Assembly (NCBI RefSeq): GCF_009914755.1 | Contig: NC_060939.1 | Origin: the human T2T-CHM13v2.0 reference genome, Homo sapiens | Direction: 5' to 3' (one strand) | DNA: 64,000 nucleotides | Shown here: piece by piece, positions 50,598-64,000 of the stretch | Layout of the letters: the number at the start of each line of letters is the position of its first letter | How positions within the stretch are numbered: the first letter of the stretch is position 1 | Translations under genes and position numbers: made by a program | The notes under the pieces: generated by a model | The model's input: the letters and a program-made list of their open reading frames with translations, nothing else | What the model was told of the DNA's origin: nothing | Database searches by the model: none

Positions 50598-51272
50598 AAA
50601 CAAGGAAAGTAACTTGGGGGAGCTAACCTAGGGACTGGAGCCAGGAAATGTTTCCCAGAGGGAATGGCAGGCATTTAAGCTAAATTCTGAAGGATGACTG
50701 GGAAAAGAAGGTGAGTATTTCAGGCCATAGGAACAATATGATCAAGCCCAGAAGTGTGAAAGAGCAGGACAAAAACAAACATTTGAAAGATGGTCAGTAT
50801 TATCAGAGCTTGGTGAGCAAAGGAAAGGGTGACATGAGACAAGATTAGAGAACTAGGCAGAGGCCAGGGCACAGAGTACCTTGTGGAGTATGTCAAGGAT
50901 TTGGGTCTTTATCCTACAAATAACTACTGAAGGGTTTTCAGTTGGGAGAGAAGTGTGACAACATGACCCAACTTGTATTTTTAAAGCACAGTACACAGTG
51001 ACTGCTAAGTGTAAATAGACTGAAGATAAGCAAGAGTGGATGTGGGTAAACTAGGTTGGAAGCTGTCTTAGTTTGTTTCCTATTGCTATAACAGAATACC
51101 ACAGACTGGGCAATTTATAAAGCAATTTATTTCTTATGGTTCTGGAGGCTGGGAAGTCCAAGGTCAAGGGAGACCTGGTTAGGATCATCTGCTAGTGGGG
51201 ACTCTGCACAGTCCCAATATGGTACAGGGCATTACATGGTGAGGGGGCAAGAGCAGGGCCAAACTGGCTTTT

Positions 51273-51563
<291 letters not shown>

Positions 51564-51658
51564 CAAACTGGCTTTTATAACTGACCCACTTTCATAATAC
51601 TAACCTATTCCTATAGTAACCCATTAATCTATTAACCAGTGGATTAATCCATTCATGA

Positions 51659-51988
<330 letters not shown>

Positions 51989-52070
51989 CCAATCACCCTT
52001 TAAAAGCCCCGTCTCTTAATACCATTACATTGAGTTTCAGCAGGGACAAACACCCAAATGATGCAGAAGC

Positions 52071-52720
52071 CACTGTAGCTATCCTGGTGAGAGACACAGG
52101 TGGCTTGAACTAAGATGGTATCAGTGGAAATAATGCAAAATGACTACATGGAGGTATATTTTAGAGGTAGAATTTGATGATTGATTGATTGATTGTGGAG
52201 GGTGAGGGTTAATACTATGTGAAGGATGATCCCAGGCTTGGGGCAGGCTGATTTGGGATGAACATGAGTTCAGTTTTGGATAAGCTCATTTAGAGATAGA
52301 TGCCTATGAGATAAACAGAGATGCTGATATAAGTAGCATGTAGAATTTATAATATGGCATTCAGAAAAAAGTTCTGGGCTAGTGAAATAAGTGTAGGATC
52401 CATTGGAAAGTGAATGGAACTGGAAACCATGGGAGGGGGTGAGATCATTTAGCGAGAAAGTGTAAAATGAAAAGGAAGGTGGTTCAGGAGCAGGCCCAGA
52501 GGGTTCCAACCATTAAAAGTAGGTTGGAAGAAGAGAATCCCTAAAGGAAGCTAGGAAGAATTAATCAGATGTGAAGAAGGTAAAGCAAGAGAAAGGAGAA
52601 AGAAGGCAGTGTTTGGTGATGTGGAATGTTGCTGAGATATCAAGAAAGTTGAAGACTGAGTATCGCTCCTTGGATTCAATAAAGCAATTGATAGTACTGG
52701 TAATGAAGATTGAATCAAAT
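52071..52720 (-). mobile_element. L2 LINE fragment (probably extends further in diverged form)
   Basis: TATATTTTAGAGGTAGA, GAGTTCAGTTTTGGA, GGTGAGATCA L2 motifs. Confidence 0.65.
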
Positions 52721-54112
52721 TGAAGAGGACAGTCAGTCTGTCAGTCAGAAAGTCAAATAATGTTATTAAACATGAGCCTGTGCCAAGCATATTTTTGGAT
52801 ACCACAAATACAACGGGAAAGAGATAGACACAGCCTTGCTCTCCAGAAGCCTATATTCTCATGAGAGGGAAGGAAGAAAGAGCAAACTTGGCTGCCGAAG
52901 GGAAGGATCTGTAAGAGAGATGAGCTTAGCTATAGAGGAAAGGGAGTAGGCAATGAAGTGAGTTTCTAAGATGAAACCGAACATGTGTGGAAGATGTGGC
53001 CATTGCCAGGAAGAGGGGACACTTTCTCCACCCCAGCAAGATGGAAGAAGAAAGTGATGAATGCAGACAGACCTTTGCCAAGATGGCTCAGGAAGCTGGG
53101 AGGGTTTCCTTCTTGCCAGATTTTTCTATCTATAAAAGAGATGGGGGGTGTCCATTAGCTGAGGGTATAGGGGGTGGAATTTGAGGATGAGTGGTGAAGG
53201 AATGTAATGGCTATTTTGGAGAAGAGGGTGCAATGAGCTAACTGAAATACATCATGAGACTTCCAGGAATTGTTGAGAATCCCAAGTGCATTGGTGATTT
53301 GTGAGTTTATTATGATGCCAACAGGACCAGTGGTGAGAGTTTCTGCAGCAACTCTTAGCCACCCAAAGGCAGCCTCAGAACAGTAGTGTTGGTCAGCTTC
53401 ATCTGGAACTGAAGTTTAGCCAGGCACATGCATTAGGACAAAGGGGCTAGGACACTCAGGGTATTCGTCAGAGAGTCATCGCAAGGGGGGGACAAAATAA
53501 TCGAGTGTAGATCAGGAGAGATGGGCAACATAGGGTCAACAGGAGGAAATTTGGGAGAGGGTCTGTAGGTCAGAGGTCTTGATGAGGTTGAAGAACAGTT
53601 GCACTGAAGAAGCCTGAGCAGGTAAGCTGGAAGATTAGTCAAGGTTGGCTAGAGCATCTGAACTAGTGATTTTGGAGATCATGTGGTTTGGGATGATGAC
53701 ACTGACTCCTCTATGACCTGACCCTAGGAGTGGCTGGATGAGGTGGGAGTGACAAGTAGATCACTGGGGTCCAAGAATGAACAAGTCAGAGTGTTGGCTG
53801 GGCCACCCATGTAGAGGCTACAATTGCCTGTGATGGTAGGAGCTGATGGGGAGAGACTGATCCAGGACCTGCTGGGCAATCGCAGAAAACAGCTGGTGGG
53901 CTGGTGGGTGATCCCAAGGTGGAGAAGGACAGAGCCACATGGCAGAAGTCTTGAAGGAGGGGGGCTTTTTACAAGACACAAGGAGGCACAGTGGAGACAA
54001 AAAGAAAGCAGCTCCACTGGATCGAAGAGAATGCCCACACTTCATTCACTCCATGGCTGCAGGGAGATGGTGTCCTTGAGAACAGCCCAGCCTCAGTTAA
54101 GGATGGGATGGG

Positions 54113-54535
54113 GGCCATAGATGGGATTCTCTGGGAAGCAGACTGGGACAGGGTTTAGTGTTCAGGGTGTTTATTAAGAAATATTCTTGAGTTCAACACC
54201 TAAGGGTGTGATGGGGAGGAAGCAGCATCGGGCAGAGAGAGAAGTAGAGCTGGGATGCAGGCCCTTGGCTAACCCCACAGGGAGCTCTGGAGGGAAAATG
54301 GTCCATCCATCAGAGTTGTCCTGCACTGAACCAAAATAACCAGGTTTTTATACCTTCACATTGATTAGACATCGGACATGGCATGCCCTTGGGCAAGGCA
54401 GCTCTCTGCAGCTAAGGTGGTCCTCCAAGGGGGCTAACGGCTAAAGGCAGGCCACTGGCCACCCTGCCAGCTGCTGGGGCAACAAGTCCCTCCTTGGTGG
54501 AGAATCTGGGTGGTGCATCTGCATGTCCCCCTGCA
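54113..54535 (-). mobile_element. LTR16A-like (ERVL) LTR
   Basis: GGGAAGCAGACT...GTTTATTAAG...GGAGCTCTGGAG...GGCAAGGCAGCTCTCTGCAGCT. Confidence 0.75.
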
Positions 54536-54704
54536 AGTAATGAAGGGAGTCGTCTGTCCACTGAGCAGAAGCCCTGAGGCCCAGTCAGAGGGTGTGAGGT
54601 TTGGGAAGGAGAAGAGTGGGTACTGTCATGTGTGAGTAGTTGAACACAGTTCTAGAGCACTTCAGAAGCACAGCCCCCAGAGCTAGCAAAGCCGGGGGTG
54701 GCTG

Positions 54705-54870
54705 GAGCATGGCAGACAGGAAGTGAACAGACTTAGACTGCAGCCCACATTCTGCCACTAATTGGTTGTGTGACCTTGAGCAGGTCCCTTGACCTCTCTG
54801 GCCTTAGACTCCTGAACAGATAAATGAGAGGAAGAGAGAACCTAGACAATCTCTGAGGTGTATTCGGAGC
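54705..54870 (+). mobile_element. MIR SINE
   Basis: TCTGCCACTAATTGGTTGTGTGACCTTGAGCAGG...CCTCTCTG. Confidence 0.7.
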
Positions 54871-56659
54871 CAATCTAAAGGAATCTCTCAACCTAGAAGG
54901 AAATCACTGGGGTGGGGAAGATTCTGAAGCCTGTTTTCCCCTCCCAGAAGGTCCCAAAAGGCAATCCAGGGCCACCCAGGGTGCTCACTGTGCCCAAGCC
55001 TGCCACTCCCCGCTGCTCCCACTCTCTCAGGCTCTAGCTGCAAATTGGTTCACATGATGAATGCAAGCTGCCTGAATCACTCATAGGATGGCTTGAGAAA
55101 AAGCAATTAAATGCTTTCTTAATTGTAGGATGGCAAGAGGTTAATGAGTTACTATAAAAACCAGTCCCTACCATCTGGTGGCTGTCACCAAAGCCCACAT
55201 GCAGGGAGAGATCCCAATTTGTAAGACAGAACAACAGGATCACTCCAAGTCAAGAGAAGGGATGCAGGCATGAGGTGCTGAGGCTGGGGGCCCCGAGCTC
55301 CAGAGCCCAGTTAGCATGTCCCTGGCAGTCCCAAGTCCTAGCTGCAAGGCGGTTCAAAACCAAGATGGAGGAAAACACAGACAGGGAGCCAAACATTTAT
55401 CAGTTCAGACCCCGTTTTTCTCTAAGATCCAGCTTTTGCAAGGGATGGCCCTGACAGCCACTTTGCTCAGCATGAGCCAGGAGAAGGAGAGAGAAAAGTG
55501 ACAGACTAAGGGAGAGCCCGGCCAAGCTGAGAGAGGGACGGACAGAGGCAGGGACTGGCAGGCCCGACGAAGACAAAAGACAAAACAGCCCAGACAGACA
55601 GAGACAAATGGAAAGGAGGAGAATTGAAATGCTCAGAGATGAAAACAGACGGTGACAAGTTGTGAACTTGAGAAGCAGATGAAAGGGCAGGTAATTTTCT
55701 ACAATCAGAGACAGGAAAAAAACTTCTGAGGGTTTTGCTTTGTTCTGTGCAAACGTCCCTTCAGTATTCCTCAGCCCTCTGCGTCATCAAGAGAAATGGC
55801 CCTTCTCCCTCGGTGGACGTGAAGAGGAAATATAGAGCAGGTAAGCCCCTCCTCTGCACACAACCACCATATGCACACATACACACCTTTGAGGACAAAG
55901 CAGGTCTAGGTCTCTCTCTTTTTTTTTTTTGCCCATGCCCCAGAGTAAACAAACAAACAAAAAACAGGGATCTACAGCTGGAAGATTCCAGCATCTCCCT
56001 CTTCCACATTATCTTGAGTCTTCAATTTTCTTTCTCCTCCCTCCTACTCCAGTCCATTTGGCCAACTCCCTTCTCAGGAGACTGCCCCTGTGGTACTGGG
56101 AAGAGAAGTTGGACCAATAATCCATTCATTTTACGAGAGATTAGAGATTCCCCTAAAATCTGTATGAGAACTTAGGAAGAGGGTTGCTGGTGTTGCAAAA
56201 TAAAATGAGAGTTTGAAATTCCTGATCTACACTCTGTATTCAACCAGTATAAGAGTTGACCATAATTGTCTCTTTAATTTCCAACAATATTCCAGAATCC
56301 CAGGGCTGTGTTGGGCCAGCCTCACCTATCCAGCTGGGTTCTCTGGGGACTCATGTCACCTCAGCCTCCCAGCAGAGGTATGCCAGGTCTTTGAAAAGCT
56401 GCCTGATTCTGGTGTCAGCAGCAGCCAGGGTCCAGCAGCTGCACAGCAGCAGTGCCAGTAGGCGGCATCCAGGACCCAGCAGGGTGCCAGCAACGGTGTC
56501 CTCACTGGCCTGTTCTGGGATATGATTCTGCCTTTTGTTCCTGTACTTTTGAAGGCCTGAGTGCTCCTCTTTCTGGTGATTCTGTGAGCCACTCAGTAGC
56601 TTTTCTGCTTCAAAACAAAAAGAGCCAGCATGCACACACATGCACTCATGCCAAGAGCA

Positions 56660-57085
56660 AGAAAGAGAGACGGAGACTGGAGGAGAGGGAGAAGTTGAGA
56701 GAGAGAGAGAGAGATGGAGAGATGCAGAGATGGAGAGAGAGAGACAGAAACAAATGGAGAGAGACAGAGACAAAGAGACTGGAGAGAGAGACACATAGAG
56801 ACAGAGACAGAAGGAGAGAGAGACACAGAGATAGAGACAGAAACAAATGGAGAGAGAGACAGAGACAAATGGAGACACAGAGAGATGCAGAGACAGAGAC
56901 AGATGGAGAGACAGGGACAGAGACAGATGGAGAGAGAGACAGACACAGATGGAGAGAGATAGAAACAAATGGAGAGAGATAGAGATAGAAACAGATGGAG
57001 AGAGACAGAGAGATAGAGACAGGGGCAGACAGGTGGAGAGAGATGGGGAGAGACAAGAAAGACAGAGGCAGAGACGGAGAAAATA
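56660..57085. repeat. Degenerate (GAGACA/GAGATG)n purine-rich simple repeat
   Basis: Recurrent GAGAGACAGAGACAGAAACAAATGGA units. Confidence 0.9.
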
Positions 57086-57339
57086 AGACCCTAGTTCTTA
57101 AAACTCAGTCATTAAGTCATGGGCACTGGTCTCAACCCCTCATCTGCTTCCTCTGGACTGAGCCTCCTCTCCCAGCCACACTCCTTGGAGGCCCCGCCAG
57201 GTCAGACTTTGAGTTTTGTCCTCTGGCTTTACATTTCACTTCTCAGGCTGCAACCAATACCAATACCAATACCCCCTGCTCCTATTAGCAGCCTCCCTCC
57301 TACTGCTGCTCCACACCTCCCCTGACACCGCATGCCTGT

Positions 57340-57988
57340 GTGCACACACACACAACAGTACACACAGCAACTCGCACACACACCACAGCACACACATAGC
57401 TCACACACACACAGAACACACAACTTGCACACAAACAGCTCACACACACACCACAGTGCACACACACAGCACAGCACACATAACTTACAAACACACCACA
57501 GCACACACACAGCAGCTCTCACACACACACACCACAGCACACACAATAGCTCACACACACGCCGCAGCACACACACAAACCACAGCACACAAACACTACA
57601 GCACACACACACACAGCACATACACCACAGCGCACACACACAACAGCACATACACGACAGTGCACATGCACAACAGCACACACACAATAGTTCACACACA
57701 CAGCATACACACACCAGTGCACACACATACCACAGCGCACACACACACCACACACAGCACATACACACCACAGCATACACACAATAGCTCACACACACCA
57801 GTCCATACACACACACGCCACAGCACACACACCACAGTCCACACAAACAGCACATACACAGCAGCTCACATATACCACAGTATGCACAATAGCCCATGCA
57901 CACCACAGCACACACACAACACATACACTCTACGACACACATACACACAACACACACCCCTCCCCCCACCTACACACAAACATACACT
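57340..57988. repeat. Degenerate (CA)n/(CACAG)n simple repeat
   Basis: ~650 bp of CACACACAG/CACCACAG units. Confidence 0.92.
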
Positions 57989-59009
57989 CTTATTTTTGCC
58001 CCTGTTCCATCTGGCATTTTCTGGAAGTCATTGCTGGAAGTTGACGCGTTCCACCCTCCAGTCCAGGCTGCCTGTGTTCCGTCCTCCACAGCAAGCCTGC
58101 GGGTGCAGGAAATGAGAGGCCACAGGGTTGTGGGCTGGAGACAGAAGGGGAGGGAGGGGAAGGCAAGCAGTAGTCTGAGTCTGAGCTGTCACGTGGAGAC
58201 AAATCAAATGCCACCGCAGAGTTTACTCGAGTTTAAAACATGGGAAATGAGCACCCCAAACATTGGACCCAAAGATTTTCCTCTCAGTTACCACTTTTGA
58301 GGAGTAATTTCCACCCAAGTGTGGCGTATGCACAGCCAGGTGTCACTGCCAAGCCATTTGATGCCCCCGAATTCCTTTTGAGGCACCACCTGCCTTTCTT
58401 CTTTGGCGCAAGCTGGGTGCTGCTTTGTGAAGAAGGCAGCTCAGATGTCTCTTGGAATGAATACATCAGAGGAAAGAGTTCAGTTAGAGGACTGATCCTG
58501 AACATTTCAGTGAATTTCAGTAAGCTCAACCCCGTGAGAAAACACTCAAACAGAATAAGCCACCCGCAGATGAGTCTAAAACAAAATATAAACAAATGCA
58601 AGATGCCGGGGAACATTCTGTGTACACCAGTGTCAGGGAGCTCAAGGTAAAAGACAGCTGGCTGCCGAGAGGTGAAGTTAAAATGCGTGTGTCCCCTAGA
58701 CGTAGCTCCCTCAGTGACTTGCCATGGGTGGCTGCTACCACTCCTCTCAACCCTGGTCCTAACCACCCAATCACAAGTTCACACCGGTCAGATACCCAGG
58801 GCTGGCTGCTGTTGATGCGACTCCCTCTGACATCCTCTGGCGTGGCAGGTGAGGACTGGGGCCCTGGAGTAAGAAGGCTTGAGGTTTGAATCCTGGCACC
58901 ATTGCCTGGGGACCAGCCTGCCTTCTCTGTGTGCCCGCTTAAATGGGGATAGGAACCGTAACTCTCACCATATTCTTAAGGGGATTAGGTAAGTTGATCT
59001 GTATGAAGG

Positions 59010-59416
59010 TGTATCAGCCCAGGTTCAACCAAAGAATAGAACCAGTAGGAGATATAGATTAAGAGATTTATCTCAGGCGATCGGCTTATGCAATTGTGGA
59101 TCTGGCTAAGCAAGTCTGGAATCTGTAGGGCAGCCCATCAGGAAAGGCAGGCTAGAACTCTCAGGCATAGGCTGAAGCCACCGTCCACAAGTAGAATTTC
59201 TTCTCCTTCACGGAAGCCTCGGTTCTACTCTTAAGGCCTTTCCATTGATTGAATCAAGCCCACTCAGATTGTCTAGAATAATTCCTTTTATGTAAAGTCA
59301 CTGACTTTGGACTTTAATGGCTTCTATAAAAGACCTTCACAGCAACACCTACATGAGTGTTTAAATAACTGGAGAACCTGGCCAGGGCAAGGTGACATGT
59401 AAGACTGACTGTCACA
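59010..59416 (-). mobile_element. MLT2 (MLT2D-like, ERVL) solo LTR inside a MIR
   Basis: AGAACCAGTAGGAGATATA...CTCTTAAGGCCTT...TCACA; perfect TSD GAAGG at 59005-59009 / 59417-59421. Confidence 0.88.
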
Positions 59417-59999
59417 GAAGGATTAGCACAATGGCTGGCTCATGGTAATTATCCACTCAATAAAGCTCAGCTGTGATTTTTTTTTTTTTTTTGAGGATTC
59501 TAAAGCATTCACTGATGAAGTTGACAAAATAAGTCAAGCATTTCCCCTTTTTAGTTCTCATCATACATGGCCAATAGCGCCCTCTTCCTCACTTCCAAAA
59601 TCGTTCCAACTTCTTTGGAATTCCTCAGTTCCAAAGAAGGCTGAAGGCTCATCCCAAGAAGCCAAAAGGAAGGTGACTTATTTTTCAGACATTCTCAGCC
59701 ACATTTCCTGAACACACTGTGCCAGACTAGCACCACGGTTACAGATACAGATGCAGGTACATGTTGGTCCCCACCCTCCTGGATCCTGGGTGCAGGGTCC
59801 CACTCTCCTTCTGTTCTCTTCCTTGACCAGATGCCTCCCGCTGGGCCTACTGCAGTACCCAGGGCCTCCTCCTACAGCTGTCCCACAAAGGCTCTGGACC
59901 AAAGGAGACAGACAGGTAGAAATCCAGCCCATGCTCTGATTGGTGCATCTGCCCAGAGGGCCACCTTTTCTCATCACTCAGAGGAGCCATGAAAGCTAG

Positions 60000-60560
60000 T
60001 GATGGCCAGTGCAATGCCTGCATGGCATAGCTGAATTTCTACTGGGTCCTGACTCTGCTTGTCTTTGAGAAACAGGATGCCTGCAATAAAAAGTTCCCTT
60101 TGTAACCAGACCAACTGAGAGTGGTTAGAGCCAAGATAGCCCACCCTCAGGCTTCATTCTAATCTCATCTCCTTGCTAAATGATGCTCCCACCAGTGCCA
60201 TGACAGGTTGACAATCACCATGACAATGACTGGAAGAAGCCATCAAAGGACAAAAAGGAAGGCAGCCCTTCAGCTCCAAGGCAGTTCACCACCCAATTCC
60301 AGAAAATATGGGAATATTCCTCCCCTGGCTTTTAACATCCAACTCCTTCATGAGAGAAAATCCTATATTCTCACCCCTTCACCCCTCACTTGTTGAGAGG
60401 TCGATTTGTGAGCCAGGCTCCCGCTCCTCCAATTCCATGGCCATTGAATCAGTCCCGCACTGCTTGACACTCACTTTCGGCTTTGTGTATATTGGCTTCA
60501 TGACACCAAACAGGGAAAGACCCCATCTTTCGGAGGACCAGCTTTGTCCCCTGGCAGCAC
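60000..60560 (+). mobile_element. ERV1-class LTR, subfamily not determined
   Basis: CCCACCAGTGCCATGACAG...CCATGACAATGAC motif resembling MER4-group LTRs; boundaries uncertain. Confidence 0.5.
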
Positions 60561-61207
60561 ATATAACCACAGACCATTCTCCTACTGACAGAAGGGGGCT
60601 CCTCCAGGAGGCCACATTCTCTTTAAAAGGGAACGTCCCATTTCCAGCCACAGGGTTCACATGTGATGCAGTGAAGAGCATCTCTCAGCCTCCCAAAGCA
60701 ATTCTCAATTCTCATCTACAGGGCCTCCTAAGCACCGATCTTGGTGGCCACTGCCCTCCCTTGCACATCCCCAATTCCCCCATCCTGTTTCTTCCCAAGT
60801 CTCAGAGAAGTGATGCTCTGCCCTGTGGCCATGGTCATCCCACACCTGCACCTGAGCCTGAAGCTGGTCTGCTCACAGGCATGGGGATAGCGCCCACTAA
60901 CCTAGGATGAACCAGTCCCCAGATCCATGACGAGCCTCCTAGTCTACCTTCGTTCCATTCACATTTGCCCCGATGAATCCATAAGGCCCCAGGAAGTCCC
61001 CCATGCCCTTTCCGGAGCCTGACTTGGGTTATGGCAAACCTGGGGTCCAGTCCCAGTTCTCCTAACTTACTAGTTATAAGAGCTTGGCGAAGTCAATTAA
61101 CCTTTCTGAGCTTGAATTCCTCCTCTACAAAATAAGGATGATCATAAAATTCACTCCAAGGAGCTGCCATGAGAAACAAGTGAAATATTGCAGAAGAACC
61201 GCCTGAC

Positions 61208-61524
61208 AGCCAGCCACGGTGGTTCACACCTGTAAACTCAGCACTTTGAGAAGCCGAGGCAGGCAGATCACCTGAGGTCAGGAGTTCGAGACCAGGCTGG
61301 CCAACATGGTGAAAGCCCATCTCTACTAAAAATACAAAAATTACCCCGGCATGGTAGCACATGCCTGTAGTCCCAGCTACTCGGGAGGCTGAGACAGGAG
61401 AATCGCTTGAACCCGGGAATCAGAGGTTACGGTAAGCCAAGATCACGCCACTGTACTCCAGCTTAGGCAACAGAGTGACACTCCATCTCAAAATTAGAAA
61501 AAAAAAAAGAAAGAAAAAAAAAAA
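61208..61524 (+). mobile_element. AluS (Sx-like) inside a MIR
   Basis: Full dimer; TSD AAGA(A/G)C(C/T)GCCTGAC at 61194-61207 / 61525-61538. Confidence 0.95.
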
Positions 61525-62179
61525 AAGAGCTGCCTGACACATGGTATCCAATCTGTCTCCTGCCTGCCCAGCCTCTCTGGCTGATCTCGCTGCCTACCCT
61601 TCCTCCAACCTTATCTTTATCAGGTATGTGAAACCCACACTGAACCCATCTGACTTTATGATATCCTAGCTCCAGCCAAGTTCACCCCCCTTTGCCTCAC
61701 CATGGCATTGGGTAAAAGAATGTGTTTGGCCTGGCATCTGGTGGGGAAGGCTTCCAGTAAGCAAAGCTTGAATTCAGAGTTAGGATCAAAGTGGGGAACA
61801 TGGAGAGTTTTATCACAGGAACTCATTTCATGGGAGAATGAGAAGTAGGTGTAGTCTCCCCACTCCCCCGTCTCTTCTCCTGCCTCCAACAATATGGGGG
61901 TGGTGTAGAGGACCCCAGTCTGTAGGGAACCCACGCACAGGAGGAAGCACTTTGCCACCTGCCAAGCACTGTATCAATGTTCATCATGATTAGAACTTAA
62001 TTCCTGCCAGCTCCTTGTAAACACAGCCCTCTAGGGAGGATGGAGCTGGCTCTTCCCACCTGGCCTTGGAGAAATCTGCTTCTCTTCAGAATCTGAGCAC
62101 AGCAGCTAAAGAACTTCCTTCCAGATGTGGAACCGTCAGGACCCTCACCCCCTTCTGCTGCAGAAAGGTCTAATCTGGG

Positions 62180-62386
62180 CAGGTTTTGAAATCTCAGCAC
62201 TGCTGAGATCTGGGGCTGGATGATTCTTTGTGGTAGAGGGACTTTGTGTGCATTGCAGGATGTTCAGCAGCATCCCTGGCCTCTGCTCACTAGATACCAG
62301 TAGCACTCCCTCCCCAGTTGTAACAACCAAAAGCATTTCCAGACATTATAAAATGGGGAGCAATGACCTTTGACTGAGAACCACTG
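62180..62386. mobile_element. MER20 hAT-Charlie DNA transposon
   Basis: GCATTGCAGGATGTTCAGCAGCATCCCTGGCCTCT...CACTAGAT...GAGAACCACTG. Confidence 0.88.
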
Positions 62387-62897
62387 GCCTAGGCCTGTCC
62401 AAGCTGCTTTACATGGCTCTCATGGCCCACTGTGGCGTGGCCACTGCCTTCCAGCTTCAGCACTTACCTCTGTGGCCAGGTTGTGCTGAACTACTCTGAG
62501 CTTCCAGCAGCATGCGCCAGACAGTCCACAGAGCCCCACGTGCCTGCCATGCCCGGAGCATCCCTGTGTGTCAAGCGGCTATAGATCTCGTGGCCACCAG
62601 CAAATGGACCAGGATCTCCACCCTGGACTTGCCTCCTATGTCATCCCCTAATCAAGTCAGGGCACTTCAATTGTATGGTGACTCCCCATCCCTGACCAGG
62701 GTTGCTCTCTGGGTTTGGAGGATTGGAGCAGGATGTCATGGAAACAGGATACTGGGAAGAAAACCAGGAGAGAAGCAAATGCAGCATGGATGGCATGGGA
62801 GGCAGAAGCTTCCTAGAATCGACAAGATGGCCAGTCCACCCCATCAGCCCCTTCCACATTGTCTACAGAGGCAATAGGCCACTTTTTCAATCACGCA

Positions 62898-62989
62898 TTT
62901 TGTTGTTGTTCTTGTTGTTTGAGTCAGGGTCTCACTCTGTTGACCAGGCTAGGGTACAGTGGCATGATCATAGCTCACTGCAGCCTTGG
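62898..62989 (-). mobile_element. Truncated AluJ/FLAM 3' fragment
   Basis: (TTG)n then GAGTCAGGGTCTCACTCTG...ATCATAGCTCACTGCAGCCTT. Confidence 0.85.
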
Positions 62990-63429
62990 TGATTTATCTA
63001 CCACTATATAGTAACTCAGCTCTGCTTCCAAACTGAGATTTTTGTTTCTGGCATAAACTGGGTGTTATTTTTCAAGGATGTATTCTTATCACCAGATGGG
63101 GTCATTTTCTATTTTATTCAAGTCAATCGATAATGAAAAATAAATAAAAACAAAGGACTGAGAAGGCCGTTTTCTTTTTTAAATCTCACTACTTTTTTGG
63201 AAGAAACTAATCTATTCCCACTTCCCCTCCAGTCATCACCACCAAATTAATCTTTTTATTTTTTTGATAATGTAGACATATATATAAATAATATAGGTTA
63301 TATACATTCACATATATTTTAACCAAAATGCAGTTATGCTACATCTTGCTGCAATTTGCTGTTTTATCACTTAACATTTAAACTTTATCTGTGACCCTTT
63401 CCAAGTGGGTGCCTCAGGAAACCCACTGC

Positions 63430-63630
63430 CTCATTCTAATGCCAGCTCTGACTTCTCACAGCTGTGTGACCTCGTGCAGGCTAATAACCTTTCTGGGCCT
63501 CTTGTGCATCATGTGGATGACAACATTGCCTACTTCATAAAGTTGTTGAGAGGGTTAAATGAGGTGACATATATAAAACACTCAGATCAGTGCCCAGCAC
63601 AAGACAAATGCTCGGAAAACAGCTCTTACT
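63430..63630 (+). mobile_element. MIR SINE
   Basis: AGCTGTGTGACCT...GTTGTTGAGAGGGTTAAATGAG...CAGTGCCCAGCAC. Confidence 0.8.
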
Positions 63631-63639
63631 ACACAAGTC

Positions 63640-64000
63640 TACCTCATTTCTTTCAGAGACTAGAATTTCATTGCCTAGATATTCCTTAATTTATCTGACC
63701 CATGTTCTTTGATGGAAATTTAAACTTTTAGAAACTTGGCTCTTAAAATAAGCAGTAATACAGTGAATATCCTTGGACATATATCTTTATACATTTATGC
63801 TACAATTTTTGGAGGGTAAATTTCTGGAGGAGAGACCGCCAGATTATTCAGTAAGCACATTTTAGGTTGATACGTCTTTTACTAAATTTCCCTTCGAAGG
63901 TGTGTGGCACTTTACCAGCAGTGTGTGTGTGTTGTGTTCATTTCTTCATTCTCACCAGTTCTTTTTAACTGGACAAGCAAAAACTAATGCTGCATTGCTG
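63640..64000 (-). mobile_element. Old L1ME fragment
   Basis: CAGTGAATATCCTTG...ACATATATCTTT...TTTACCAGCAGTGT...CATTCTCACCAG. Confidence 0.6.

Noticed and set aside
57216-58115. Longest ORF (299 aa, His/Thr-rich)
   Set aside because: Translation of a degenerate (CA)n repeat; stop-free because of base composition

Overview
Primate (most likely human: AluJ/S/Y, THE1, MER61, LTR8) euchromatic DNA with no recognisable protein-coding exon, tRNA, rRNA or CRISPR array. The listed ORFs are chance frames, low-complexity translations or L1 ORF1/ORF2 relics. Much of the window is interspersed repeat: many MIR/L2 fragments, about 11 Alus, a TSD-flanked 5'-truncated L1 (8.9-11.3 kb), a deeply nested L1 complex (40.7-49.9 kb), solo LTRs (LTR8, THE1, MST, MER61, LTR16A, MER68, MLT) and DNA-transposon fossils (MER5A, MER20, Tigger3/4). 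It reads as a gene desert or long intron, and I cannot name the locus. I found no clear new biological system. The best leads are (i) a ~500-bp unassigned insert with a target-site duplication inside L1 ORF1, plus a 97-bp copy of its junction 1.3 kb away, (ii) an inverted AluY arm inside an AluS at a non-canonical site, (iii) a recent serial-slippage insertion, (iv) recursive-splice/microexon-like signals and candidate non-coding exons on +, and (v) candidate enhancers/CTCF sites. Repeat subfamily calls come from recalled consensus sequences. Boundaries without a TSD are approximate.
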